From Schizochytrium sp. TIO01 (lineage: Eukaryota; Protista; Bigyra: Labyrinthulomycetes), in contig SMSO01000033.1 of NCBI GenBank assembly GCA_004764695.1, positions 1,364,001-1,428,000 of the forward strand: a DNA stretch of 64,000 bases, given 5' to 3'. Below the pieces are notes generated by a model. That model was not told the DNA's origin, did not search any database, and saw nothing but the letters and a program-made list of their open reading frames with translations. Each line of letters opens with the position of its first letter. Position 1 is the first letter of the stretch. The position numbers and the translations under genes are program-made. Shown in pieces: positions 49,601 through 61,539 of the stretch.

Positions 49601-49655
49601 GGATGCTGCAACTACTGGGCGTATCGCGCAACACTGCCGCTCCTTGCTCCGCTAG
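46602..49655 (+). CDS. AP4E1: AP-4 complex subunit epsilon, 1017 aa
   Basis: N-terminus SKDFFDLVKAIGESKSKQEEDRII, IYVEMLGHDASFAY, DYHRIPAPWIQIKLL and CLEDPDETLKRKTLDLL; adaptin trunk, disordered hinge and C-terminal appendage. Confidence 0.96.
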   Translation: MSGSHLSKDFFDLVKAIGESKSKQEEDRIIVNEVRTLKTRFAGKSLSKKVIKESLVRMIYVEMLGHDASFAYVHAIQLTASGDLMQKKVGYLTASLTLSPEDQFRFMLVNQLQRDLASANILEVSTALIALSKLITGEMIPALLPSVSKLLSHENSAVRKKAILSLHRIYQLDSDAVSHLNENFRRVLCDKDPSVMGASLCILHDIIKNDPPGQKDLVPSFVSILKQIIEHRLPKDFDYHRIPAPWIQIKLLKLLATLGANDQRASEQMYEVIGDCMKRANTGIYVGYAIIYECVRTVTTIYPNAPLLDAAAGAIARFIQSDSHNLKYLGVTGLASIVRDHPRYAAEHQMVVLDCLEDPDETLKRKTLDLLFRMTNPVNAEVVVDKLVFFLRTAVDKFLRQDLVTRICQLAERYAPNNLWYIRTISKVFELGGDLVEEEIAHNLLRLLAEGAGEEGDGYENEENPDEVMRREACIIFYDNFERSKLPDILLRVMFWTLGEYSYLMGTEILPEVLEVICEAARRQGMAADTRGYAVTAVLKICAQLGRLPSDAADLIDHYGSSIDIDLQQKCYEFREIARNPNTLTEVLPVDASCEDLSDPDFSFLDAYVDEERANGKSDYAPPSVDEAAALEYDDDELAARPKITSEPSLKYDAYEKPTAPTQIASSTGNFSLSYGAPSGSGSDSNGTGASASSITLGSGATSNGLNLQGVKSVWGSSGYAGGPSATPQPTSTPEPESHMPAHANSMDSYSQSLQNQQSEPSQREPSPSPAPAAPEPPKPRQITERERMAAALFGGVSSDAGLSGVSGYSASAPPPRTGPMRKRASAGVGNAAPATSPPSSTDTGIDLLGFGDSSDDVASANNSHSTSTQARDNSMDLLSAFDSGPSGGGSSDFLGSFGGNSTSAPAPPPFSPVQLQTQDFGQRWVSNPAESRFAVVLQGISSIRDVASRITSKLGLNCIEVIEQTQEAIFAGTDSNTYDLALVHAKRGPTGADLIVRSKDAATTGRIAQHCRSLLR

Positions 49656-50322
49656 TAAATCTCAAATATAAGATGGCTTGTTGCGATTCCTTCTTTTTAA
49701 TCATTAAAATTATAAATCGATAGAGTGTCTTTCCGTAGTGAGATATTCCACTCCCAAACTAAGAACCACCTCGGCACTCGATCAAGCATGAAATCAATAG
49801 TTCTATCTCGGTACTGAGCATTTTCTGTTCTTAATGATAGCATGATTGGTGCCTTCTTGAATGCTAGAAATAAAACATAGGTAATACTTTTAAATGGATA
49901 GGCAGTCTCTTCTATTTTCCCCTCTATGAAGAATTATCATTAATCTAAGCTTTCGCTTCATCTGGACAGCCTGTGAGTCTATTTGTGATGTTTCTTTCGC
50001 CAAATGGGTCAGCAAAGCTGTCTCGCTTCGATCAGTCGTTTATTTTCACCTTCTTCCTGTCAGTAATTTTTGGTCTACAATATAGGGACAGTTCATACCT
50101 ATCCTTCCAAATACACCTTAATAATATTATATATAAATATGAATAGTTATATATCTATTAAGGTGTATAGAGCATTTAGACCTCAACGCACATATTGTGG
50201 AGATCTGCTTTGCTTTCTTGGGTCAGTCAGTTCTCACTGATATGAAAAACTAAAACCAAACGTATCCCAAGGTTGATTGTTTGCAGTGGGCAAGTCCACA
50301 ACTCGAATCCACGCTGCGTATA

Positions 50323-53300
50323 ATGTTTGCAGCTGCTGATGTGCTCAGCAAGATGGAGGCGCTGCGTTCTGAGATGGGCCGCAGCCCTACCAGTGGCGGA
50401 GAATGCCAAAATGTCAAAACTGGCGACGTGGTGCTAGCTAAAATTGCAGGGTGGAAGAAGAGCTATCGTGGAACCGTGAAGTCTGTAGATAAGAGTATGA
50501 GGACGTGCTGCATAGTTTTCGACGACGGGGAAGTTGTTGACGAAGTCCACTTCAGCGAAATTACTCAAGTTATCTCTTCCACTTCAAAGTCTTCATCAAG
50601 CCCAAGTAATACAGGTCAACAAGAAGACGTGCACGAGGGAGACCGTGTCGAAGCGCTAGTAGCTGGCTGGAAAAAACCCTACTCTGGAATCGTGACACGA
50701 GTGGTCGAAGAAGGAGAACTCTTTGAGGTTACTTTTGATGACGGGGAGATTATTGATGATGTGCAACGGACAGAGATTCTAAGCGTCTCCCCCGCAGCAA
50801 AAGCTAGCTTGGCAGATAGCCTCAGCAAATTCAAAGAAGGTCAAGCAGTTCTTGCGAAAATTGAAGGTTGGAAGCAAGCTTATCCCGGGAAGATTGCAGC
50901 TGTTCAGGGCGAGAAATACACTGTTCACTTCGACGACGGGGAAGTACAAGAAAATGTGGATAAGGGCGCAATTCAGGCAATAGACACAAAGCAAAGTCAT
51001 GCTCAACAACCAAAGTTTTACCCAAAACAACATGTGGTTGCACAACTTCCAGGCTGGAAACAATCTTATCCTGGATATGTCCAGGGCCCTGGCTTAAAGG
51101 ATGGCACTTATCACATCGTCTTTGAAGATGGAGAAGAAGAAGAAGCTGTACCATGTGACTGCATTCATGATACAGTGCAAACTATTTCCTCTCCCAAGCA
51201 AAAACGTGGTGTAAGTACTCCACAAGAAGCATCTAGCTATCACTTGAGTGTGGGAAGCTGTGTAACTGCAAAAATTACAGGATGGAAAAAGGCATATCCG
51301 GGCAAAGTAACTAAGGTAAACCCAGACGGAACTTGGCAAGTAACATTCGACGATGGGGAAATCAATGATCATGTTACTCAAGATGAAATTGTGGAGGTTC
51401 AAGAAGAGCAAACAGAGGATGATGATCCTCCAGATTCGCCCCTAGGAAATCAACTGAGTTTAGGAACTCGAGTAGAAGCAAAAGTTGCAGGATGGAAAAA
51501 ACCCTACTCGGGGGAAAATTACAAGTGTAATTGAACCAGAGAAAGTATTTGAGGTCACATTTGACGATGGAGAGGTACTTGGCGATGTCCAGCGGTCAGA
51601 AATCGTCAAGGTGCTGGGACAAGGCACAGCAAAACCTCAATCACAGAGTCAACAAAATCAATACTCAGTTGGTACTCGCATTAGTGCAAAAGTGCAAGGA
51701 TGGAAAAAAGCTTATACAGGAAGAATTGAATCACTGAACCAAGATGGAAAGTCATTCAAGGTTCGTTTTGATGACGGAGAATTCCATAATAATGTTAAAG
51801 CTGAGGAGATTGAGTCAGTCTTAGAACAAGAGTCTCAGAGCAGCAACTCATCAAACGATGATTTAATACCTCTGGGATCTCGTGTCACTGTGAGAATGCC
51901 AGGCTGGAAGCAGGCATACCCAGGTTCAATTAAGTCAATGGATGCGAATGGTGCATACCAAGTTGTTTTCGATGATGGTGAAATTCAAGATAGCGTTCCA
52001 TTTAGCATGATTGAAGAAATCGTGGAAAGCCCGGAGGAAGACTCCTCCTCAAATTCTTCTTCTTCCTCGCCAACATCGACAGAAGAAGACCCTACTAAGT
52101 CTAAGGAACAATTTCCAAAGGCATTAATTGAAGAAGTTCTCCCAACTGGACCAGATACAAACAGCACGGTGATCAAGGGAAATCACAACATGATGGAAGG
52201 ACTCATGAAGAACTCAGGGTTCAGCATAGGAGACAAAGTTCGAGCAAAGATTTCTGGATGGAATGAAGCCTACCCTGGAGTTATTACAAGTGTAAACGAT
52301 GGTGGTTCGTCATATAAAATATCGTTTGATGATGGAGATGTGCAAGACTGTGTTGAAGAAAAGGACATCGAGCAAGCGACAAACGATCAAAAGGCTTTGA
52401 TCAGAGAGAAAGTAAGCTCGACAAAAAATTCTATGAAGATAGGTGCTCGCGTATGCGTAAAACTTCAGAATTGGAAGCAGGCATACCCTGGGACAATAAC
52501 AGCCGTTGACGCAAACGGTCTTCTGAAAGTAGAGTTTGATGATGGCGAAATTCAAGATGGAGTAGATATCAACAAAGTAGAAGAGGTCCTTTCACATCAT
52601 GAGTCCACGGGTACTGAAGAGAGCTCATCAAACGAAGCAATTCCCGAAGGTTGCCGTGTCTTAGCAAAACTACCTGGCTGGAAACAGGCCTACCCAGGTG
52701 TTATCAACAAAGTATTACATAATGGAAGCTATTCGATAAATTTTGATGATGGTGAGGTCCATGAAAGTGTTGATCCGAGCCTCGTTCAGAAAGAAGGCAC
52801 AGGAAATGCTGATATCGAAAAACAAAGTGTCTCCATTGGCAAGTCAAAAGTCAACATCTTTGATGTCGGGACTCGTATTAAGGCCCAGCTGCCGGGGTGG
52901 AAAAAAGCATATTCAGGTGTCATTACTGCAATCAATCCGTTGAAAGGTATCTGTGAAATTAGGTTTGACGACGGAGAGGTTCATCCTAATGTCTCATTAG
53001 ATCTCGTTGTCTTAGAGTCGAAGCCAGAATCCGCGACGTCTATATCGCTTCTCGCTGTCGGAACGCCAATTTTCGCAAAGCTGGAAGGTTGGAAACAGGA
53101 ATACTCTGGTCGAATTGAGGATGTCACACTTGATGGGAAATATAAAATTGTTTTTCGACGATGGCGAAATTCAGGAAGCTGTTGATCCTATTTTGGTCAG
53201 GCCGAATAACCAACAGCCTGAACGATGCCTAAGCAAACCTACTTTTGAGGTAGGGTCTCGTGTTCAAGCACAATTGAATGGCTGGAAACAACCTTACACT

Positions 53301-56300
53301 GGCAAGGTAACCGACTTTGATATGGCGTCTAACACCTACTCTGTTGAGTTTGATGACGGAGAGCTTCCATGAGCGAATCCCTCTAAGCAATATTGAAGCA
53401 ATACCCGTGAACTCAACGACAGCTCAAGTGCCTGAAGTGTCTTTGAGCCTAAAACCTACCGTTACACTGGCCAAAAGGAGCAAAAATCAAGGCACGAATT
53501 CAAGGCTGGAAAGAAGCCTACTTAGGCACGGTAGCAGATGTTATCAAAAGTGGTTCAGACGTATTTTACCGAGTTGTATTTGACGATGGAGAGGTGCAAG
53601 AACGCGTTAAAACTGAGGAGATTGTAGAGGTATTCAAATCGGCTAATGAAGTTGCAGACCCCTTTGCACCCGGCGAACGTATTAGGGCTCGTTTGAAAAC
53701 GTGGAAGCAACCTTACTCAGGTACGATTCACTCAAAAAATAGAGATGGAACTCTTCATGTTCAGTTTGATGACGGAGAAGTCGTTGAATCTCTGGCGTTA
53801 AGTGACATAGTTGACGAACTAAGTCCACGCAGAGCTACAGATATTGCTAATGATGACGATCTATTAGCCTTTTTAAATGACGAAAAGGACATTCCGCAAT
53901 ACAAGGAAGGTGATCGAGTGGAGTTTAGCGACAACATTGGAGCAGTGCAACGTGGCGTAGTGAAAAGTGTCTCTGAACAACTCGAGTATAGTATTCAGCT
54001 TGATTCTGGCAGAATGGTGCTAGAAACGATCCCCGAATCGAAATTATCTAAAGTGAACAATTCTACAGAAGCAATGAAAACCCTTTTAGTCGATGAAGCT
54101 TTGCCAGCAAAGGTGCTTGATCCTAAGCCTGGAGATATTGTGCTCGCACAACTTCCTTCATGGAAGTCCGCCTATCAGGGAACAATAAAGCGGCTTAATA
54201 TGAAGGATGGATCCTTCAAAATTGTTTTTGATGATGGGGAATCAGTCAATTCTGTGCCAAAGTCATGTATCATCGAAATTGTTTCACAGGGCTCGGCTCA
54301 TGGCAACAGCGGGGAAAGTAGTGGTACTGAACCGTCTTCTTTAGCAACTAGCGGGACGGCGGCCTCCTCTATGACAGCTCCTGATGGGACAGTTTTCACT
54401 GATCAAAAGTCATATAAACGGTACTTGTACGAGAAGTTTTTCTGCTTTAAGAATTGTTCTGGTGATCATAGTACACTTCTTAAAGAACCAGGTTCAATTG
54501 ACGGACAGCCCTTTGACTTACATACCATACATGATTGCACAGTCCGGGTGCTTTGTTGGTCATCGCAAGTTCAAGTTGATAAAATCACAAAGAGCAAGGT
54601 CTTTATTGGACCATGCGAAAGCTCCATCTTTATTCGAGACTGCCAGGACTGCGAATTCACAATTGCATGTCGTCAACTCAGATTACGAGACTGCTCAAAC
54701 TGTACATTCAACCTCTTCTCAAATGTTGATCCAGTCATTGAAACCAGTACTGACTTAATATTCCGCCCTTTCAATGGCGCATACCGTGGGCTTCAAGAGC
54801 ATTTTGCAAAAGCGAGGCTCGACCCTCGTGATAACCACTGGCGACAAATTTTTGACTTCAACAAAGATGGTTGTGACGGGTACGGAGTGCCAGATCCCCA
54901 TTATCAACTTCAAGAAGCAACTAATGGCACGAAGTTGGAATGGGAATGGAGAGAAGAAGACGTTTCTGGACCTGGAGACTGTGTTAATCCTGTGTCGCCA
55001 GATGCTGTTGCCACAACACAGTCAGATGGTGGAGCTACTCATCAGGGGCAATTTACAGAAGAAGGGGCCGCTGCAGGGGCCAAAGAAACAGAGCCTACGT
55101 TTGTATGGGCAAAAGATGTGCCAAAAGACGTTTTGCAGACAGGATTAAAAGTCAAAGTGAATTTTAATCGTGAATCGAATCGACCACGTGCTGGAGACTT
55201 TTATCCGGGCAAAATCCAGGCTATCAATACCGATGAGACTTTTGCTATTGTGTATGATGATGGAGATTTTGAGAAAGACTGCAAGATAGATCACATCAAA
55301 GTTGTTGTCGAGGAATCACTATCTCCTCGTAAAAATCCTGCTTCCTCAGTTGAGAAACCTAAAGATAGTAGTTCCTCATTGGGAAAAACAGAGGACGTAA
55401 ACGACGGAAAATCGGAGTGTGTCTTAGACCCAGTTAGCAGTCATGACACTATCGAGTATGTTTGGGCAAAAGACATTGAACACTTAAGACTATCTGAAAA
55501 ATGCCACGTGCGGGTAAATTTTAATCGTGGTTCAACATTCCCAAACCCTGAAGATTTTTATACAGGTCAGGTGCAGCAAGTCAATCAAGATGGCTCTTTT
55601 TACATCGCGTATGATGATGGAGATCTGGAAGAAGATTGTCAGCTGGAATTTATTCAGATTCGTAAGATTGATGTACTATCTTTGACGTTCAATCAACCAA
55701 CAGTGTTATCAGAAAATATTGACTCAACTGTATCGAAAAAGATCTCTCCTCAGGACAATCAAGATCTTGTTGATGTTAAGACAAAATCAATTGCGAAAGC
55801 AAATACGTCTGCTGTGGTGACTGCCAAGAACAAGAACGCCAAGCCTAGTATTACAGAGAGAGTCAAAGACTCTCAGCCAAAACAGGCAAAAAGTAAAACC
55901 GTTCTTCATGAAACAATAAAGCTAACCGCTGTAGCTAGTAAGAAGCAACAATCTACAAGCGCTCGCAAAAGTAATAAATCGCCTCCTAAGAAGAAAACAG
56001 CATGGATAGGAACAGGGTCCAATCACGGCGTGCCAGTTCCTGTTATGACATTAAGACCTGTCAAATCTGTTGAAGAGGCTCTCGATGCAGAGAATGTCTT
56101 GGTTAATCTGGCTCCAGATGCAGAAAATTTGGATTTCTCGTCTCTTGCAAAAGGTGTTGTCAATGCTGTCAATAGTGATAAGACCCTTGAAGTTGAGTTT
56201 GAAAATGGAGACATTGATACACACGTGGACCTATCTCAATTGCATTTGCTTGTAAATGCTTCTCATAATCGACATCGGAGTAGACCCACCAAAGAGACGC

Positions 56301-59300
56301 GTAGTAAAGAGGACCCAGCGTTAATTACGGGTTTACGGCAGGAGCTCACCAAACTGCGGGAGGACCAGCAAAGAGACCTTGTGCGTATGCAGCGGGAGCG
56401 AAAGGCTCAAGAAGCTCGAATAATCGATGAGAGACGCCGGCAAGCTGAAGACCTTGCGGCCTCTCGCTCGCAGATGCGCCAAGAAATCATGGCACAAACA
56501 CTTCAGAAAGAAATTCAGGAACAGCGAATCTTCCAGCAAAAGCTCATGCAGCAGCATCAAGAGGCCATGGAAAACCTTCAAAAGCGCCTTATTGAACTTC
56601 CGTTGCCCTCAGAGAGTGATATCATGAAGCCTTTACGTTTACCAGATAGTTTACAAGATATCGGAGTAGGTGTTATGCCTCTTGACGAGTTGGAAGCGAT
56701 TAAGGAAGAAATTCAAGAAACTCGTATTGCTCTTCAGCAAGACATGCGAGCAGCAGCCGCTCATACCAAAAAGATGGAGCGCCTCACTCGCGAAAAGGAG
56801 CTTGAACGTGGTTGGAATTCTGGGGCTGGTGGGAAAAGGCCCCCATCTCAATTGCGGGCTACACCCCGGAAACAACACTTTACATCAGGAGGTAAAGAGA
56901 AATTGGAAGTTGGGGCTATTTCTGAAGCAATGGAGGAGTTAGAGGAGGCTAAAAGGCAACGTACAGAATTTTTGATCGCAATGAAACATAGTATGCGACA
57001 GAAGAAAAGGGCATTCCAAAATTCGCAAAGTAATATCAGTATCAAGTACGCTGAGTATAATGGGAACATTGAACGTGCTAAAAAGCTGCTTCTTGGTTTA
57101 TACGAAGGGTATGAGTCAGAGCGGTTAGGTAAAGCTGTTCGTGCCCCTTCACCAGCTGAGATTATCACGCCTCAATGGACTCAAAAAGTTGCCGAACTTC
57201 ACTTGAAACCTCTGGATTTTCGTTCACGTGCTCACAACGATGTAACCTGGCACGAAGTAGGACTCTGCTTATGTAGAATTCAGCTAGAAGGCAAACGATT
57301 TGAACACATTGTTGGGGAAAACGATAAAACTCGTGCAGCTCCTGTCCCTGCTTTAGAGAAAGCTTGGATTGACTGGACGATCGCCAGTAACAAAGAGTTA
57401 CGAAATGTTCGTACAAGTGCTGCACTTGCGCGTAAACTTAATATTTTGGATTCAACTTCTTTGAACGATTCCTTTGCGGAGGGAAATGAAGATGATGTTG
57501 AATTCGATGGGCTTATCTTTACTCATCGTCAATGTGAGCGACGTATTCTTAAACAATCTCGTGTAGAACAGAGTGGTGACTTTGCGAGAGCTCACATAGT
57601 TCCAGATGTCCCATTATCTACCGAAACAAAGCTTCAAAATGCGTTGTTCAAGCGAGTATGCCGTGACACGTGGGCGAAATTGATGCAAGATGCCGAGCTT
57701 GCTGAGGATACGATTGCAGTTCCAGACTCAGTACAAGATGCCCTGGAGCGTTTGCAAGCCTGGGCTAAAGAAGATCATGAAATAAAGAAGGCAGAGGTTG
57801 CTCGAAGGATTAATTCTCGCAAAGCTGATGCGGCCAGAGACTATGAACAGTGGAAACTGTTGAAGGAGAAAACACAAGTTAATTCGCGCACACTCTTACA
57901 GTTGCGAGACAAAGGGCACGAGGGCGATCTTCGAAAGGTTCCATTTCCCCGTCCAGCTGGAGCGCCCTCCAATGTCGCGGCGACATTTGCTCCGGATCGC
58001 GCACTTCCTTTGCGATATGTAGGGAATGGACAAATGCAGTCAGATGAGACCAACTATATGCACGCTGCTCAACGTGTCTCTGTTTCTGCACCTGCACCAT
58101 TGGTGCAAGCATTGAAAATGAAATCAGGACAAAGCGTTTTGCGTGCTTCGCGAGCACAGGATCCTCAAAACCCATGGCGAATCGTTCAGTCCACAGCAAA
58201 AGAGCTTGAGTACATTAATACTCGCCTTGCAGCTGAAGAGTCTGCAGGTCATGAACGCTCACTCCTTGCAAAGCGTGATTTCTTGGCTTGGGAAGGTGCT
58301 GTGAAAGTTGAGCAACGTGTTGAACAAGCTCTTCGAACATTGGATTTTGAACGCCGCTGTATAGTTTCTCCGTGTGGAATTGTTGAAACTGCTGCTGGAT
58401 ATTTGGATACCACTGGGATGGACGAGTGGCTTCTTACAGGGCGTGCGCTTCATGCTTTGCACCACGCTCAATCGCGTTCCTTAGTGCGTGCATGGTCCGA
58501 CTGGACAGTAGATGGTATCACCAGGGTGCTTTGTAAACCTGTTTTGGGTTACGTTCGCTGCTCATTACAGGCAAGCAAAGACGGCATGTACTTAGAACCG
58601 ACTCAGGAAGGAGTTCGTTTTGCAGAAGGATGTATGTTGTTCCTTCTGCGAGACCCTGTTGCACGCCCTGGAGGGCGCCTTTCACCTGAGGGACTTGCCG
58701 TCCAATTAGACCGGAAGACAGGTGATTTGGCTGTTGTAGCTGCAGGGAACCAAGAGAAATCCTCAATAGTTCAGATTCAGTGCGCATTTCAACGCATACC
58801 TCGCACAACCGGAACGATTCTTTACGCTTATCCAGTGCCGACATTACTAGTAAAAGTAATCTTAGGCAGCTCTCTAGCTATGGGCAAAGAAACATCTTCT
58901 TCAACGACAGTGGTGCAATGGGTGAGCCGTCTTCGTGACCGAAACCAGCTTGGGATTCATGTGCGAAGTATTTGCTCAGATCAATGGCGAAAATTCGCGC
59001 CTGGTCTCCGCTGGCTCAGCGATCATTTGAGTGAGACTGATGAAGAGCTCATGGTTCGAGAGATGAATAAATTTAAACGTATGCACTCTAATGAGAAGCT
59101 ACGCGCTCGGCATCTAGAATTAGCTGGTGAGGTAACACTTGCAAGATCTATCCGTGAAAGGCAACTAATACTATGGTCTTCTATACTGAATAACCCAGCG
59201 GTATCTAGCTCATCAGTTGAATTTCAGGAGGAGCTCGGCAAGCAGTATGCAGTAATGTACCGTTTGAACTCTCGAGGTCGCCCAATTGCTGAAAGTGAAA

Positions 59301-60224
59301 GCATTGTGGCGAGCATTTATGTGGGCGACATGGTTTGTTTGAAGGCCCAAGAGAAAGACATGCGCTCGCTATGGCACAAGGGTAACGTATGGTATTCTGT
59401 GAGCCAGTTTTGCATGGTAAAAAATATGGTCAAGTTAGTTCGTGAGTATCGAATTAAAGCAGCTGGTGATAAAGCCTTGGCTTTTCGTGTTCGCATTGTT
59501 GACGAAGTTCTATCTCGAAATGCTTTCTCGACAGAGGAGGCTGAGGAGGAGTGGGTTCACTTGAGTAAACTATGCCAAGCTATCCTTGTGCGCCCTCGTG
59601 AACCGATCGAAGAGCTTGGTGAAAACGTCCCCATTTGATATGTACTTGCTTCCTGATGTAAGCGTCTTTGCTAAAGAGCTCGGGACAAGACTAACTGAGC
59701 GAGCTGAGCAAGATGCAGAATTTCTTCGTTTAAAGGATCAGGAAACGGAGGCTTCGTCAAAGATGGCACTTCAGGACTCTGGAGAAAAGTGCTATGAGGC
59801 GTTTAAAGAGCTTCTTGTACATGGTGAAGAGTTGATTGCGGATGAAGTTGTGACAAAATATTTTGATCATGTTGGGAAGTCTCTTGCACGGATTGCAACT
59901 TCTTGGAGACGAGCTGGTGTCTTCCCCTATATGGTAGATGATGATATAGAAAGTAAGGATGATTCTCGGAGCGAATGCGTGTGGCGATCTCTATGGCGCT
60001 CGTGGGTTCTCAAGTCCCACAAATGGTCACAGCTCTCACAGCTTGGTTTTCAGCTTGGAGATATGGATGCTATGATGGATCGCAAATGGATTAAATTCTC
60101 CGATCTTCAAAAGCAAAGCGCTACAGTCGCTCGGGACCCTTTAGGCACATCTCAGGTTGTCTTGAATGATCTCCGTGCAATTTTGCAGGCCGCACCTTTA
60201 GCGTCTGGCCACACCAAAGTGTAG
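50323..60224 (+). CDS. Giant multidomain protein (~3298 aa after removing five single-base insertions): ~21 Tudor/SH3-like repeats, RP2/TBCC domain, coiled coil and PriCT-2-like modules
   Basis: Six consecutive ORFs (50281, 51485, 53115, 53317, 53594, 59586) join by +1 shifts, several in mid-repeat. 9902 bp minus 5 equals 3299 codons. Repeat consensus GxxVxAxxxGWKxxYxGxI..V.FDDGE. TBCC beta-helix at ~54371-54862. Confidence 0.88.
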
Positions 60225-61539
60225 TTAGATAAAACAATGTCTGAAGATGCCAGTGTATCCTTTTCTTTAAAAAATAGTTCTTTGATTTTAAAAAACAACC
60301 TAAACTTTGAAGAAAAAATCATAGGTATGTAGGTAGGTATGGACTATGAACTTTACTTCATAAAAACATCAAAGCATCTAGTTTTCCCTAGGCGATGGAC
60401 TTTTTTTTAGAGCCGAACTTTCTCCTTGATCGAATCAGCACGAACACAAGGCTGAGTTCCTGAGCAGTCAAGCTTGAAACTCGAGGTATCAAACGTATTC
60501 ACAGAAGAGTCGCCCCAGTAGTACCTATACTGATGTGTGTCAAAGGGTTGGTAGAAGTTATGAAAGTACTGATATCATATATCTTGCTTTCACGAGGCCT
60601 AAATTTTACTAACTTCTGCATACCATCAAAACTGATGGCGAGTGCCAAGCGTATTATCCTATATCAACAGGTTTGCGAGAAACCTAGCTGCATCAAGTAG
60701 ATCAGACCTCAACCCAATGTAAACTTTGCTTCTTTTGAATACTCTATTTAGAACTTGGAGAGTTAATTTAGGATACTCAATTGGCAATTTGTAATTGTGA
60801 CTACCCAAACTAGAGGAGACACACCCACCTTCCCTCGCTCGGTTCTTTTCATCTCAGTATATATATATTAAGAAAGAACTCTCGCGTAACGACGTTCGTG
60901 GGCTTGGGGGGGTTACTTTGAAAATTAAAGCTAGCATGCTTCCTTACCCGGCAAAACTCATTCAAAACAAGAGAAACGATCTGGCTAACTAAAAGAGGCA
61001 GATTTAGTAGAACCTATTATTAGTGATAGCGAAAAATGTAACCTAAAAGTGTACGTGCGCCATTTTCACAATCTAATGATTTTTTAAAATTTATTTTTCT
61101 GAGTAACACGAGCCAGGTATTTTCAAATATAGTATTATATCATTTCAAATTGAAAAACATCTTCTCTTTCTTTTTTCTGCTTGAAAATTTATTTACAATT
61201 TATTTATAAGAGTTGAGAAAAATTCTATGTGTCTAAGTGGTAGTATGCTGTTTTAGCAGAAGTGGCTCATAGAAGATCTTAATTATATGCTTTGGTAGGT
61301 AGGTAGGTAGGTACCCACCCACAAAATCTTGCACGTGTCGATGAAGCTTCCCTTTTCTAGAGTTATAAATAAATGAAGAACCATATAAAAGGAGACTGGG
61401 ATAAATCCGCCGAGCGAGTGAGAGAGATAAGGAGAGCATTCAACTGGCAAGCTGACTGCAAACCCGATTCGACCTGGCCCGAAAGTTTGTGGAGTGGTAC
61501 GGCTGACCCGTGAGTGTTGCAGGCGCACCTTAATTCAAC

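Noticed and set aside
50281-53583. Treating the small Tudor-repeat ORFs as separate genes or a pseudogene
   Set aside because: Breaks fall within or between repeats, each is repaired by one base, and no in-frame stops remain after repair.
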